Positions 20,865-30,762 of a stretch of 64,000 nt of DNA are shown piece after piece. Position 1 is the first letter of the stretch. Every line of letters begins with the position of its first letter. The position numbers were made by a program, and so were the translations under genes. The stretch covers positions 1 to 64,000 of the forward strand of contig JAEORO010000060.1 in NCBI GenBank assembly GCA_016840855.1, in the 5' to 3' direction. The notes below the pieces were generated by a model that was given only the letters and a program-made list of their open reading frames with translations, made no database searches and was not told the DNA's origin. The stretch comes from Candidatus Thorarchaeota archaeon. Its GTDB lineage: Archaea; Asgardarchaeota; Thorarchaeia; Thorarchaeales; Thorarchaeaceae.

Positions 20865-21146
20865 TGATTTTCACTCAATTCGATGTTTTCATTATCGTAT
20901 GTCTAAGGTTCCTGATAGACTTTGTTAGTTATGATGGTTGAAGAATAGTTCAGGTAGATGTTCGATTAATAGGTGGAGAAAATGGAGTCCTTAGTGAAAC
21001 ACGAGATTTCATTCCATGATGCAGACATTTCTTGTAATATCAAGAGTTTGAGGAAAGTTTGAGCCCAAAAGGAGCTGCGTTGTAGACAAGTCATATAGTT
21101 ACACAGAGCCTGTATCTAATGAATCAAATATCTTGATGTGATAAAA

Positions 21147-21455
21147 ATGACAACTAAACTCAAAATCACAGTAATGAAGACTTTCGGACCAGAGGAAGTA
21201 TTCGGACACACGATGCTACGAGATGGTAAGGCAATACAAGCATGTAGCTACAAAGTGGGAGAGGAGTTCATTATGGACAGCCATCTCGATAGACCTAAGG
21301 ATTTCTGTGGCAGGGCTTGGCAAGACCTCTATACAACTCTGATGACATATTACTGTGGTGGGGATTATGATTATCCTGAACAAGGCGTAACGTACCAACC
21401 GTGTGGTGATGGGATAAGACCAGTCATCTTCAAAATAGAGAAGATGAGTGAATAA
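21147..21455 (+). CDS. TIGR04076-like protein
   Basis: KLKITV, C...GEEF, P.DFC..AW, C.DG.RPVIFKIE. Confidence 0.82.
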   Translation: MTTKLKITVMKTFGPEEVFGHTMLRDGKAIQACSYKVGEEFIMDSHLDRPKDFCGRAWQDLYTTLMTYYCGGDYDYPEQGVTYQPCGDGIRPVIFKIEKMSE

Positions 21456-21466
21456 ATAGGAAAGAG

Positions 21467-21606
21467 TGGAGCCCCAGGCGGGATTTGAATTCGCGCTCCA
21501 TGGCGCAGACGTCCATGAAGTCCCGCGGCCTCCTCCTTTATGGGAAATCATCAGTACGATAATTCCTTACCAAGGAGGCGATCTAACCGGTCTAAGCTAC
21601 TGGGGC
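21467..21606 (-). tRNA. tRNA-Thr(GGU) with two introns: 37/38 (21538-21567) and 53/54 (21490-21521)
   Basis: GCCCCAG/CTGGGGC acceptor, CCTCC-TT-GGT-A[..]A-GGAGG, GCGGG[..]TTCAAAT-CCCGC, encoded CCA. Confidence 0.88.
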
Positions 21607-21777
21607 ATCCGTAAGACAACCGAGGGCTGTCACTTCGCCTTCGGCATGAAAATCCGTGATAAAGATTTCTACAGTGGCTCTATTCTTCGAGGAGCACAAC
21701 GCCTAATGAAACAGTTGAATCTGTAAATCAGAACAGAATGGAGGTGCAACGAGTGCCATGGACTCAAAATCGAAGAA

Positions 21778-22662
21778 GTGATAAAAACAAGATGCCCATA
21801 CGAATGTTGGAGATTGGAGCAGGTGGAAGACTATTCGGATGTATCTGAGCCCAAAAAACCACTCGGAATACGAGCTTATGGCATATCTGGTTCAACTCTA
21901 AGAAAAGAGATTGAGAGTATCACTGGTGTAAATCCCGGGAATAAGGCGGTGTATTCCAAAGAAACCGGCCGCGTTTCAGTTGAGTCTGAAGTGTTTGGCG
22001 CCGGAAGCTGCGGTGGGGGTGGGGGTGATTGCTACTGTGGCGGCGGTGGGGGTGGGGGTGACGAAGGCGTTGCCATCTGCCTCATTATTGTTCTGGCAGT
22101 TATGATTGCCTTTACAATTGTATGGTTCATTGTGATGCTTGCCTTCTCAATCATGACGATAGGAGGCTTCTTCAAAAGACGGTTTCGGACTCTTGTTGTG
22201 GTCGAAAATGAGAACAAGGAGTTTATCGGAAAACTTGCTGCAGCCACAGTGCAGAAACGAGGTGCTTTAGATTATTCATTCGGACAGCTTGAGTATGATG
22301 ATTGGATGACCCATACATTTGGATTGTATCACAGGTTGAAACTTCTTAGGCAAGTTGGATTCTTCTTTGGGTTTTGGTGGGCAGTTATTGAAATCGCATT
22401 CAAGTTGAACGAGTATATTAATCATCAAGGCGGTTATAATCTATGGCCGCTTCGCTATGTGATGATAGTAATCTTTCTCCCCCTTCTACTCTATAGTCCA
22501 ATACTGGAGATACAATTCAGGCACAACTTTGAAGCTGGAGATGAGATGATTCAACGACTAATTAGTCATGAGCCTGCATACTCACCAGATCAACCCATGA
22601 TGTTCTCAGAAACACCAATTGAAGTGGGAAGGATATCACCAAATGGTACGAAGAAGGACTGA
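21778..22662 (+). CDS. Hypothetical membrane protein with Gly/Cys-rich linker; true 5' end uncertain
   Basis: 294 aa ORF with GGGGGDCYCGGGGGGG followed by TM segments; frame continues upstream past one TAA. Confidence 0.65.
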   Translation: MIKTRCPYECWRLEQVEDYSDVSEPKKPLGIRAYGISGSTLRKEIESITGVNPGNKAVYSKETGRVSVESEVFGAGSCGGGGGDCYCGGGGGGGDEGVAICLIIVLAVMIAFTIVWFIVMLAFSIMTIGGFFKRRFRTLVVVENENKEFIGKLAAATVQKRGALDYSFGQLEYDDWMTHTFGLYHRLKLLRQVGFFFGFWWAVIEIAFKLNEYINHQGGYNLWPLRYVMIVIFLPLLLYSPILEIQFRHNFEAGDEMIQRLISHEPAYSPDQPMMFSETPIEVGRISPNGTKKD

Positions 22663-23559
22663 CTATTTGAACAGATTATGGAGTTGGATGTGGTACTCTC
22701 CGAGTTTCCCACCATAGTTGCCGGCGGTCATCTTTGTGATTCCTGAGTGGCTGCACACTGCTTCTATAGCGGCCTTCATAGCTTGAGCAACTGCAGACTC
22801 GCTGAGTCCATTGATGACGATTTCTTGAACAAATTCACTTCCCTTGGGTACAAGTGTGTTGGGAATCAGTGCACGCAGAGTTGGACAGAACTTCTCATTT
22901 GTGGAAGCAAACAACACCTTGTATTTTGATGATGGCTTGGATCCTGAACCAACAAGACCTCCAGGGAAGGGCGTGTATGCACCTTCTACTCCCTCGATGG
23001 CTTTCACGGCAGCCATTCCACTGGTCATACCACTCTCCACATCCTCGCAACAATAGATTATGTTGCCACCTGCCACTCCCTTCACACGGCCAAACATGTT
23101 ATCCATAATGCATGTACCACTCATTCGTGGAATAAACCAGAGGACTCTTCCATCAATGGGACCCTTCTTCGTCTGGAACCCATCACCAAACATGGCAATT
23201 TTCTTTCCAATCTCATACAATTCTTGCGCATTAGGAGTATCATCATAAGCGGAGGCAGTTGGACTTGTCAAGACACATTGTCCAAGTCTTGCAAGTAACT
23301 GTGGCTCAAGCGCCTTTTTTGATCCCACAGCAAAAACAACTCGGACACCAGGTCGTCCATCAGGAGTCTTTTCAGGGGGCAATACATATTCGATTCCAGC
23401 CTCTGCGGGAGCCATAATCACGGAGGTTCCAAAGCCTGTTGCCTCCGTAGCTGTTATTCGTGCCCATTCCTCGGTGTAAGCTGTGATTATAGTGCGATTC
23501 ATATGCATGCTGAAAGCTTCTGCAAATGTGTCTTCAATTGGAACTCCATTTATTTCCAT
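22663..23559 (-). CDS. ftr: Formylmethanofuran:H4MPT formyltransferase
   Basis: MEINGVPIEDTFAEAF, TPDGRPG, GVAGGN, GSK..SKY, AGNYGGKLG. Confidence 0.96.
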   Translation of the reverse strand: MEINGVPIEDTFAEAFSMHMNRTIITAYTEEWARITATEATGFGTSVIMAPAEAGIEYVLPPEKTPDGRPGVRVVFAVGSKKALEPQLLARLGQCVLTSPTASAYDDTPNAQELYEIGKKIAMFGDGFQTKKGPIDGRVLWFIPRMSGTCIMDNMFGRVKGVAGGNIIYCCEDVESGMTSGMAAVKAIEGVEGAYTPFPGGLVGSGSKPSSKYKVLFASTNEKFCPTLRALIPNTLVPKGSEFVQEIVINGLSESAVAQAMKAAIEAVCSHSGITKMTAGNYGGKLGEYHIQLHNLFK

Positions 23560-23682
23560 TTCATTCCACCAGCTACGTGAAATTTCAAAGCAATGGTACC
23601 TTTTCTCTTTTCCGTCAGACTTAACCTGCAAAAGGCTTTATCAGTGGGATAAACATCACAAGAATTCTAGGTGGTTGGGCTA

Positions 23683-24537
23683 ATGACGGTGATTTTGTCA
23701 TTAAGAAAGGCTCCCGATATCCCTCTGGAAGCAGACACAATTACACCCACCCAATTTGCGGGAAAAGGTGTGAAAGAAATAGGAGAAATCCCTGTTCAGT
23801 GTGGTAATGAAGTCCTCAAACTCAAAGACTTCTTTGACGTGAGCGGAAAAAGTGCTCCGACTGCTGATGAAACCGAGATACTAGTCAAGGGAGATCTCAG
23901 AAAAGTCAAGATGATAGGAAAAGGCATGAATGGCGGCCAAATCACTATTGAAGGAGATGCAGGAATGTATCTCGGTGCTGAGATGATTGCCGGGCGCATT
24001 AATGTCAAAGGGTCAGTGGGACATTGGGCTGCTGCAGAGATGGAAGGAGGCAATATCCAGATTGAAGGGGATGCAGGAGACTACCTCTGTTCAGGCTATC
24101 GGGGGACACCCGAAGGCATGAGAGGTGGACGTGTATATGTAGCAGGGAATGTTGGTCGTGAAATGGCATCCCATATGCGAAAAGGGCTTATCGCCGTAAA
24201 AGGGAATGTTGGACCGCAATCAGCAATTCGTATGATGGGAGGTACAATAATAGTAGTTGGCGATATGGCTGAACGTGTCGGAGTACAAGCCACAAAGGGA
24301 ATGATTTTCTGTCTTGGAAAGCTTGAGTCGTTGTTTCCAACATACAAGTTCAGTGGTAGCTCAGAGAGAGAGTTCATCAACTACTACCTTCGATACCTGA
24401 AAGACCGGAGACCGGATTTTCTTTCTGAGAATATCAGTCCTTCTGAGAAGTGGGTGAAGTATATGGGAGACTTTGCTGAAGCAAATCCCGGGGAAGAAAT
24501 CTATGTTCGTACTGCAAAGAACCAACACTTGATTTGA
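23683..24537 (+). CDS. fwdC: Formylmethanofuran dehydrogenase subunit C
   Basis: PLEAD.ITP, L.DFFDV and repeated G..M.GG.I.I.G beta-helix; YRG...GMRGG. Confidence 0.92.
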   Translation: MTVILSLRKAPDIPLEADTITPTQFAGKGVKEIGEIPVQCGNEVLKLKDFFDVSGKSAPTADETEILVKGDLRKVKMIGKGMNGGQITIEGDAGMYLGAEMIAGRINVKGSVGHWAAAEMEGGNIQIEGDAGDYLCSGYRGTPEGMRGGRVYVAGNVGREMASHMRKGLIAVKGNVGPQSAIRMMGGTIIVVGDMAERVGVQATKGMIFCLGKLESLFPTYKFSGSSEREFINYYLRYLKDRRPDFLSENISPSEKWVKYMGDFAEANPGEEIYVRTAKNQHLI

Positions 24538-24548
24538 GGTGAAAACTA

Positions 24549-25508
24549 ATGAGACTTAGTGTGAATGAAGGTGCACTTGAGATTACCAAGGAGATAATGA
24601 ATGGGAAGGATGAGTTAAACTGCAATGTCAGTGAACTAGGAAATGGTACAACAATTATCGATGCAGGCATTGAAGTGGCTGGAGGAGAGGAACTTGGCAG
24701 ATTAGTTGGTGAGGTCTGTCTCGGTGGTTTAGGAGTAGTTCGGCACACCAAGATGCACATTGGGGATATGGACCTTCCAGCTGTTGTTGTAAGTTCAGAC
24801 CATCCAAAGATTGCATGTATGGCATCACAATATGCAGGTTGGACTATCAACGTTGACAAGTACTTCGCAATGGGGTCAGGCCCAGCAAGAGCACTAGCCA
24901 GAGTCGAAAAGAAACTCTATGCAGGACTTGGTTACGAGGATGACGCATCAGTCGGTGTGATTTTGCTTGAAACAAGAGAGGTTCCCTCTGAGGCAGTTAC
25001 TCAGTATATTGCAGACAAATGTAGCATCTCGCCATCAGACCTCTACTGCATTCTAGCTCCCACAGCATGTGTTGTGGGTTCAGTTCAAGTTTCTGCTAGA
25101 GTTGTTGAAGTGGGAATGCATAAACTACATGAACTAGGATTTGACCTTGATCGAGTAAGGTCAGGATATGGTGTAGCCCCTATAGCTCCTGTGGCAAAGA
25201 AGGATGCTAAAGCGATGGGGATAACCAATGACTGCATCCTATATGGAGGACGAACATTTTACTTTGTACGCTCAGATGACAAAGACTTGAAAGAGGTCAT
25301 TGAAAAGGTACCATCATCTTCATCGAAGCAATACGGTCAGCCATTCTACGACCTTTTCAAAAGTGTTGAGTTCGACTTCTACAAAGTGGACCCGCATCTA
25401 TTTAGTCCAGCTGAGATTACATTCAATCATATCGAGAGCGGGAAAGTATACCACGCTGGAAAACTTAATGCGGACATACTGAAGCAATCACTGGAAAGTG
25501 CAAAATAG
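24549..25508 (+). CDS. mch: Methenyl-H4MPT cyclohydrolase
   Basis: LSVNE, SQYAGW, MGSGPARAL, GSVQVSARVVE, NDCILYGG, DFYKVDPHLFSPA. Confidence 0.96.
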   Translation: MRLSVNEGALEITKEIMNGKDELNCNVSELGNGTTIIDAGIEVAGGEELGRLVGEVCLGGLGVVRHTKMHIGDMDLPAVVVSSDHPKIACMASQYAGWTINVDKYFAMGSGPARALARVEKKLYAGLGYEDDASVGVILLETREVPSEAVTQYIADKCSISPSDLYCILAPTACVVGSVQVSARVVEVGMHKLHELGFDLDRVRSGYGVAPIAPVAKKDAKAMGITNDCILYGGRTFYFVRSDDKDLKEVIEKVPSSSSKQYGQPFYDLFKSVEFDFYKVDPHLFSPAEITFNHIESGKVYHAGKLNADILKQSLESAK

Positions 25509-25513
25509 AGGCC

Positions 25514-27046
25514 TTAAGTGACTTCCAGTTCACGGACTTCTTTTTGTTCTTTTTTAGTTGCGAGAACCAGCTCCTCAGCTTTCGGTATCGGATTATTGAA
25601 GGCCGCCCACACCATCACTACGGATATTAGAGATATGACCGCGCAAATCAAGAATGTAAGTAAGAACCCTCCAGTGAAAGGAATAAACCATCCAAAAAAT
25701 GCAATGAGTGGCATGGAAACTAGCATGACAAGTGTGGGTTGTAAAGAATACATAGAGTTTCGGATGCGGTTGGGAATAACATCAAGCATCACTCTCTGAG
25801 TTAAGATGTCCGCAATTGCACCAAACATATTCAGGCCTACAAAGAGAATAAAGAGGAGAATTACTGGGATGACTGTCTGAACAGGAACCTCAATTAACGG
25901 GAGGTTCGTGAAAGGTATTAACACTGTGTAGAACTCAATGGTCGCTGGGTCAGTTCCTGCAGGTATGCCTGGAAAGACATAGACTATGACTGCAAGAATC
26001 AAATAAAACACAAAACCCGTGAACTGAAGTAATCTGAAGCGAGGAATCCATTTCTTTGGTTCGAATCTCTTTGCCAGCACACCGCTTCGCTCATTCGCAA
26101 GAGCCTGCGGAAGGAATACTAAGGTCCTGAAAGCAGAAACCGCGACCTGAGTTACAAGGAAACTGAAATAGAGAGGGAATAACAAAATATTCCACCAAAC
26201 AGGCCCTATACTCCACATGACGACACCTCCGAGCATAATGAGTGTGACAAACTTACTGGACCAGAGAAAGCGAAAACCATCCTTGAGTAGAGACATATAC
26301 TCTCCAAGTGCAGGTCGTTCCGCTTGTTCATCCCTCACGCCAGGTAGGTCTCTGACAAGTCTGAATACGATAATAGCGAGAAATACAGAAAAGACTGCCT
26401 GTAGACTAAAGACCCAAGTTTCCCCATATAGATAAGCGAGCCAAGACCCAGGCAGTAGAACTAGGGTTGCTGAAACTTGCCACACCATTCCAAGTCGTCC
26501 TTGGAACACGCCATATTGTTTACGATCAGTATCATGCGGCATAGCAACGCGATAGTTGTTATCAAACCAGGCACTGAACGCACCACTCTCCTGTGAAGAG
26601 CCAAGTCCAAAGAGAACATAGATGGCTATGTATAGCCAGATAGGACCAGGCGTGTTCTTAACTATCATTGATGAGAGACCGAACGCAGCTGCATAGCATA
26701 GAAGAGCTGAGGCTATCACATATCGCTGTCCGATCCAGTCTCCAATCGCCCCAGTAGGATAATCCAACGCAGTCTGAATGGCCATTTGAATGACAACGAG
26801 AAAACCAACGAGTGTGAGTCCTGCAAAATAATCACCATTGCCTAAGGACTCAGCGATATATATCATCCAGAAAGTCGTGCTGATTTGAAAACTTGCCGCA
26901 AAGGTTGGAAGGAGTACAGATAGAATCGTGACTAAGCGAACTACATTCTCAGTAGGTTCAGCAATTCCAAAGATTCTTGCATACCTGCTTGACACAACTG
27001 CAGGTTCCTCTTGCTCGCACTCCACAGCCATGACCTCGTATAACAT
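25514..27046 (-). CDS. MFS transporter
   Basis: DYPTGAIGDWIGQR, SGAFSAWF, IPNRIRNS; ~12 TM. Confidence 0.85.
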   Translation of the reverse strand: MLYEVMAVECEQEEPAVVSSRYARIFGIAEPTENVVRLVTILSVLLPTFAASFQISTTFWMIYIAESLGNGDYFAGLTLVGFLVVIQMAIQTALDYPTGAIGDWIGQRYVIASALLCYAAAFGLSSMIVKNTPGPIWLYIAIYVLFGLGSSQESGAFSAWFDNNYRVAMPHDTDRKQYGVFQGRLGMVWQVSATLVLLPGSWLAYLYGETWVFSLQAVFSVFLAIIVFRLVRDLPGVRDEQAERPALGEYMSLLKDGFRFLWSSKFVTLIMLGGVVMWSIGPVWWNILLFPLYFSFLVTQVAVSAFRTLVFLPQALANERSGVLAKRFEPKKWIPRFRLLQFTGFVFYLILAVIVYVFPGIPAGTDPATIEFYTVLIPFTNLPLIEVPVQTVIPVILLFILFVGLNMFGAIADILTQRVMLDVIPNRIRNSMYSLQPTLVMLVSMPLIAFFGWFIPFTGGFLLTFLICAVISLISVVMVWAAFNNPIPKAEELVLATKKEQKEVRELEVT

Positions 27047-27130
27047 TCATCACATATAGAGCTTCATGCTTGAGTATAAATCAAGCACTTTATCAACCGT
27101 TCCCTCACTCTTGGCGAGTGGTAGTGCAGA

Positions 27131-27409
27131 ATGAAAGTCAAGCTTCAGTTCAGAGGACCACTAGCTAAAAAATTACAGGATGGATTCATTGAGATTGAGC
27201 TAGAAGATGATGCAAATCTCTCAGACTTATTGGTTCAGGTGATTAAGAGAGAATCCGATGTGAGAAATCTTTGGTCCAGTCCAGAAGTGATTGATCGTGA
27301 TGCAGTAATTCTTTGCAATGAAACAGATATAGGTCTGAGTGGGGGACTTGAAACAGAACTCACTGATGGCGATGTTGTTATTGTCCTACCATTGATTCAT
27401 GGCGGCTAG
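27131..27409 (+). CDS. Ubiquitin-like MoaD/SAMP/Urm1 family protein
   Basis: Beta-grasp pattern ending DGDVVIVLPLIHGG. Confidence 0.88.
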   Translation: MKVKLQFRGPLAKKLQDGFIEIELEDDANLSDLLVQVIKRESDVRNLWSSPEVIDRDAVILCNETDIGLSGGLETELTDGDVVIVLPLIHGG

Positions 27410-27930
27410 ACAAGTTCAGCTCCAACATGGATTGCCTTGATGTCTATCTCAAGAGCTTTCACACTAATCATATCCGCAATTGCTTTCTCAAGGTTCTCAA
27501 GTGGAAAGAGACCTGACTTTTTAACCAGCGCACCCAGCATTACCATGTTGGAAACCAGTCTTAAGCCCAACTCATCAGCAGTTTTCATTGCTGGAATCTC
27601 GACAATCTCATAGCCTGAGATGTTTTTAGTATTCACGAGGTCAGGGTCTACAATGATAGTGCTATCTTTCTTTGCTTCAGGTAGATACAGATCAAATGAC
27701 TTTTGTGACATCGCAATAAGGTAATCGGACTCTCGGACCTTTGGGTATCTGATAGGCTTGTCACTTACTATCACTTCACTCTTAGCAGTAGTTCCTCTGG
27801 CTTCTGCGCCATAACTCTGGCTTTGGACTGCCTCAAGACCGCTATATACGACTGCTGCGTACCCGAGAATGTCACCAGCTAGAACAACGCCCATACCTCC
27901 GGTTCCAGCGATACGAATCTCTTTTTTCAT
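27406..27930 (-). CDS. 2-oxoacid:ferredoxin oxidoreductase gamma subunit
   Basis: IRIAGTGGMG, QSYGAEARG, NMVMLGA. Confidence 0.92.
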   Translation of the reverse strand: MKKEIRIAGTGGMGVVLAGDILGYAAVVYSGLEAVQSQSYGAEARGTTAKSEVIVSDKPIRYPKVRESDYLIAMSQKSFDLYLPEAKKDSTIIVDPDLVNTKNISGYEIVEIPAMKTADELGLRLVSNMVMLGALVKKSGLFPLENLEKAIADMISVKALEIDIKAIHVGAELV

Positions 27931-27936
27931 CAGATA

Positions 27937-28776
27937 TCACTCCTCCAGATTGCTGAGAGTTGAACGAAGCAGTTCAGTAAACGGAATGTCGTGTCTATCT
28001 GCAAAGACTCCAAGGTCCATTCCTTCTTTTGTGGGAATTCGTTGGTCTATAGGGTCGCCTTTCTTTCGAACTGGTAATTTCTTAAACCATTGCAACATTT
28101 CTGGTGGATCACCTGCTCGTGTTCTTCTGCCATATGCAGTCGGACACTGAGAGATCATCTCAATAAAGGAGAATCCTTCTCTTTCAAGTGCAGTCCTGAT
28201 GGCCCGGGCAGCCTGAATTGGGTGAGCAGTGGTCCATCGTGCAACGTAATTAGCCCCAGCTGCTGCGACCAGTCGAGCCAAATCAAATGGTCGTTCTGGG
28301 TTTCCGTAGGGAGTTGTACTAGTACGGTCTCCAGTGAATGTTGTAGGACCAACTTGTCCACCAGTCATTCCATAAATGTAATTGTTCACACAAATCACAG
28401 TCATGTCCATGTTGCGTCGTGCCGCATGGATTAGGTGATTTCCACCAATTGCGGCTAGATCCCCATCTCCGCTTATGACTACGATTTTCAATTCAGGACG
28501 AGCGAGTTTAAGACCAGTCGCAAATGCAATCGCACGACCATGTGTTGTATGCAGTGTGTCTGCTTGATAGTGCGGAGATGGAATCCAAGCACTGCACCCG
28601 ATTCCAGAAACAAACGCGAATCCAGAGAGGTTCTCATGTCCTAGGTCTTTTGTGGCTTTAAGAAATGCATTGCTCACTTCTCCGGCTCCACAACCAGGAC
28701 AGAAGGGAGAGGGTAAGGATTCTTCACGTAGATAATACCGTGCAAAGTGCTTCGAGTTAGAGGTCACTGCATTCAC
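27937..28776 (-). CDS. 2-oxoacid:ferredoxin oxidoreductase beta subunit
   Basis: FCPGCG, SGIGCS, HGRA, GDGD..AIGGNH, YGMTGGQ, CPT. Confidence 0.94.
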   Translation of the reverse strand: MNAVTSNSKHFARYYLREESLPSPFCPGCGAGEVSNAFLKATKDLGHENLSGFAFVSGIGCSAWIPSPHYQADTLHTTHGRAIAFATGLKLARPELKIVVISGDGDLAAIGGNHLIHAARRNMDMTVICVNNYIYGMTGGQVGPTTFTGDRTSTTPYGNPERPFDLARLVAAAGANYVARWTTAHPIQAARAIRTALEREGFSFIEMISQCPTAYGRRTRAGDPPEMLQWFKKLPVRKKGDPIDQRIPTKEGMDLGVFADRHDIPFTELLRSTLSNLEE

Positions 28777-28882
28777 CTTCGTGCAAGTGCGTTCGTGTTA
28801 TGCTAGGTTAATAATCCATTCTTTAGGGAAGTTGTGTGTTTCTGCTCTAGCTGACAACCAATCAGATTTGTAGCTCCATATC

Positions 28883-29572
28883 TTACTCAGGAATTGTGAT
28901 AAGATGTGGGGACACTTTTTGTTTGTGGTTACTTTCTCTATAATACCAAGGATTAGCAAACGCAATTGCAGTTAGAATCATTGAGATAGTCAATAATACA
29001 TCAGGAACATAGAACAGAGATGTGGAAAGAAGCGGGACTCGAAGAATCTGGCTTGCCATTCCGAATAAAACGGATATAACCATGAGTTCACTTCTTACCT
29101 CTTTGAGCCGACCTGTTCTCCAAGTTATAATGAAGGTGAACATCATCATAATTCCCAGAATTATCATCACTGGAATAGCAAGAATCATGATTAGTTCTTC
29201 GTGAGAGCCAAGGAGAACTATTGATACCCAGTATAAGCCGAGCAAAAGGACAATCCTGTTGTGATATTTTTGAATAGATGGGGCCCAAATCTGAAGAATT
29301 ACACCCAAGATTGGAATGATTGACCCGCCAATGGCAATCGACCGAATTCTGAAAAATATCATTGATGTCTCGAGCAAGCCAATATGTTGAATCGTGACAA
29401 TCATAATATTGAAGGATTGACTCACAAATGCGATTGCAAAAACCAGTGGGAGGTCGGTAAGAAGCCGGACCTGCTGAGAGAGCCATTTCCGACCAAGGTA
29501 TGAACCAATCACTGCTGAGATGAACACTGTTGTGATGCTCGAGATAACAACTAATTCTGTACCCATCTGCAT
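28883..29572 (-). CDS. Hypothetical ~7-TM membrane protein
   Basis: 229 aa, about seven hydrophobic segments. Confidence 0.65.
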   Translation of the reverse strand: MQMGTELVVISSITTVFISAVIGSYLGRKWLSQQVRLLTDLPLVFAIAFVSQSFNIMIVTIQHIGLLETSMIFFRIRSIAIGGSIIPILGVILQIWAPSIQKYHNRIVLLLGLYWVSIVLLGSHEELIMILAIPVMIILGIMMMFTFIITWRTGRLKEVRSELMVISVLFGMASQILRVPLLSTSLFYVPDVLLTISMILTAIAFANPWYYRESNHKQKVSPHLITIPE

Positions 29573-29575
29573 TTT

Positions 29576-30550
29576 TTAAACCTCTTTAATGTTGATACTT
29601 CTATTGTTCTCATTTTCAAGGACTGGTTGTTCTGTACTGTTGTTCTTTCTGAAGATTCGATGCCACATGGCTGTGAGTTCTTCAATTTTGTATCTCCATA
29701 AGATAATGCATAGAGGGATGAATGTTAAGAGGAACATCAGAAAAGTGGCTATCATCAATCCAGGAGTTGAAAAGATAAGATCGGGGCCTTGAATCACTGG
29801 TTCAGGACCAATCTTGAAACATTCACTGATGAAATTGATGAGTGTATGGACTGTTATTGGACCGACAAGAGACTGACAAGCATTGAACTTCTCATAGTAA
29901 ACACCGAAGAAGATACCCAGAATAGAAGTGAAAAAGACCATAGAAGTAATTTCACTTAAAGCATCAAGACCAATTGCTCCGTTCACGATTGGCCAACCTG
30001 CATGCCAAAAACCAAAAATAATTGCAGATAGTAAAATAGCTCTATTAGCAGTTTGGCGTGTTTTGAAACCATTAATTAGTAGTCCTCGAAATAGGGTTTC
30101 TTCGAGGAAAGCATTTGTCAGAAAGAAAAGGAGTGTATATCCAAGAAGCCATTCGTTTAGAATATGAAGCTGGAGTGAATAAGTGGGGTCAATTAGGGCA
30201 GCATAAACAATTGTGCCGCCAAAGTCAATTCCTAGAGATATAACTAGACCAATCAAAACCCCAAATACTAGTTGAGCTTGTAAGTTGTTTCTTGACAAAC
30301 CAAGAACTGTTTCCACTTCTCCTGAGCGATATTTCTTGAAAAATCCGAGGATGATTAGAAAGGGAAAGAGCTTTGAGGGGAGGATATTCATCCAAGTGTT
30401 ACCTAAGCTCAAGACAAATTGATCTACCAATCGCCACGCTACAGCGATTGTTAACATTATTCCTCCTATCTTCAGGAGACTTATAGATGACCATGTGGAG
30501 ATTTCTACATGTTCTGGGTCAATTGTTTCTTGAACTTGTGTTATTGCCAT
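29576..30550 (-). CDS. CPBP (Abi/CAAX) intramembrane metalloprotease
   Basis: EETLFRG, FGFWH, H...N motifs. Confidence 0.88.
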   Translation of the reverse strand: MAITQVQETIDPEHVEISTWSSISLLKIGGIMLTIAVAWRLVDQFVLSLGNTWMNILPSKLFPFLIILGFFKKYRSGEVETVLGLSRNNLQAQLVFGVLIGLVISLGIDFGGTIVYAALIDPTYSLQLHILNEWLLGYTLLFFLTNAFLEETLFRGLLINGFKTRQTANRAILLSAIIFGFWHAGWPIVNGAIGLDALSEITSMVFFTSILGIFFGVYYEKFNACQSLVGPITVHTLINFISECFKIGPEPVIQGPDLIFSTPGLMIATFLMFLLTFIPLCIILWRYKIEELTAMWHRIFRKNNSTEQPVLENENNRSINIKEV

Positions 30551-30762
30551 TAATTTGGCCTCTAGTATGCAATGAACTGTCATCTGGTGATTGTTTGTAC
30601 AATTTAAACACCGATAGACCAAGTAAGGAAGGAAAAATGTGTAATTGTGTCCATGAGATGAGAGAAATACCGTTTTGAGATTGAATTTGTGCTAGCATCA
30701 ATTTTAAAACGGCATGACTGCGCCTTCCAATCTGATTTCAATCACATTAGTGGTGAAACTAA

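Noticed and set aside
21466-21726. 86-aa ORF on the + strand
   Set aside because: Mostly antisense to tRNA-Thr; only its last few codons may belong to the downstream gene.
22010-22060. G-rich tract as a G-quadruplex or repeat element
   Set aside because: Fully explained by poly-Gly codons in the 21778-22662 ORF.
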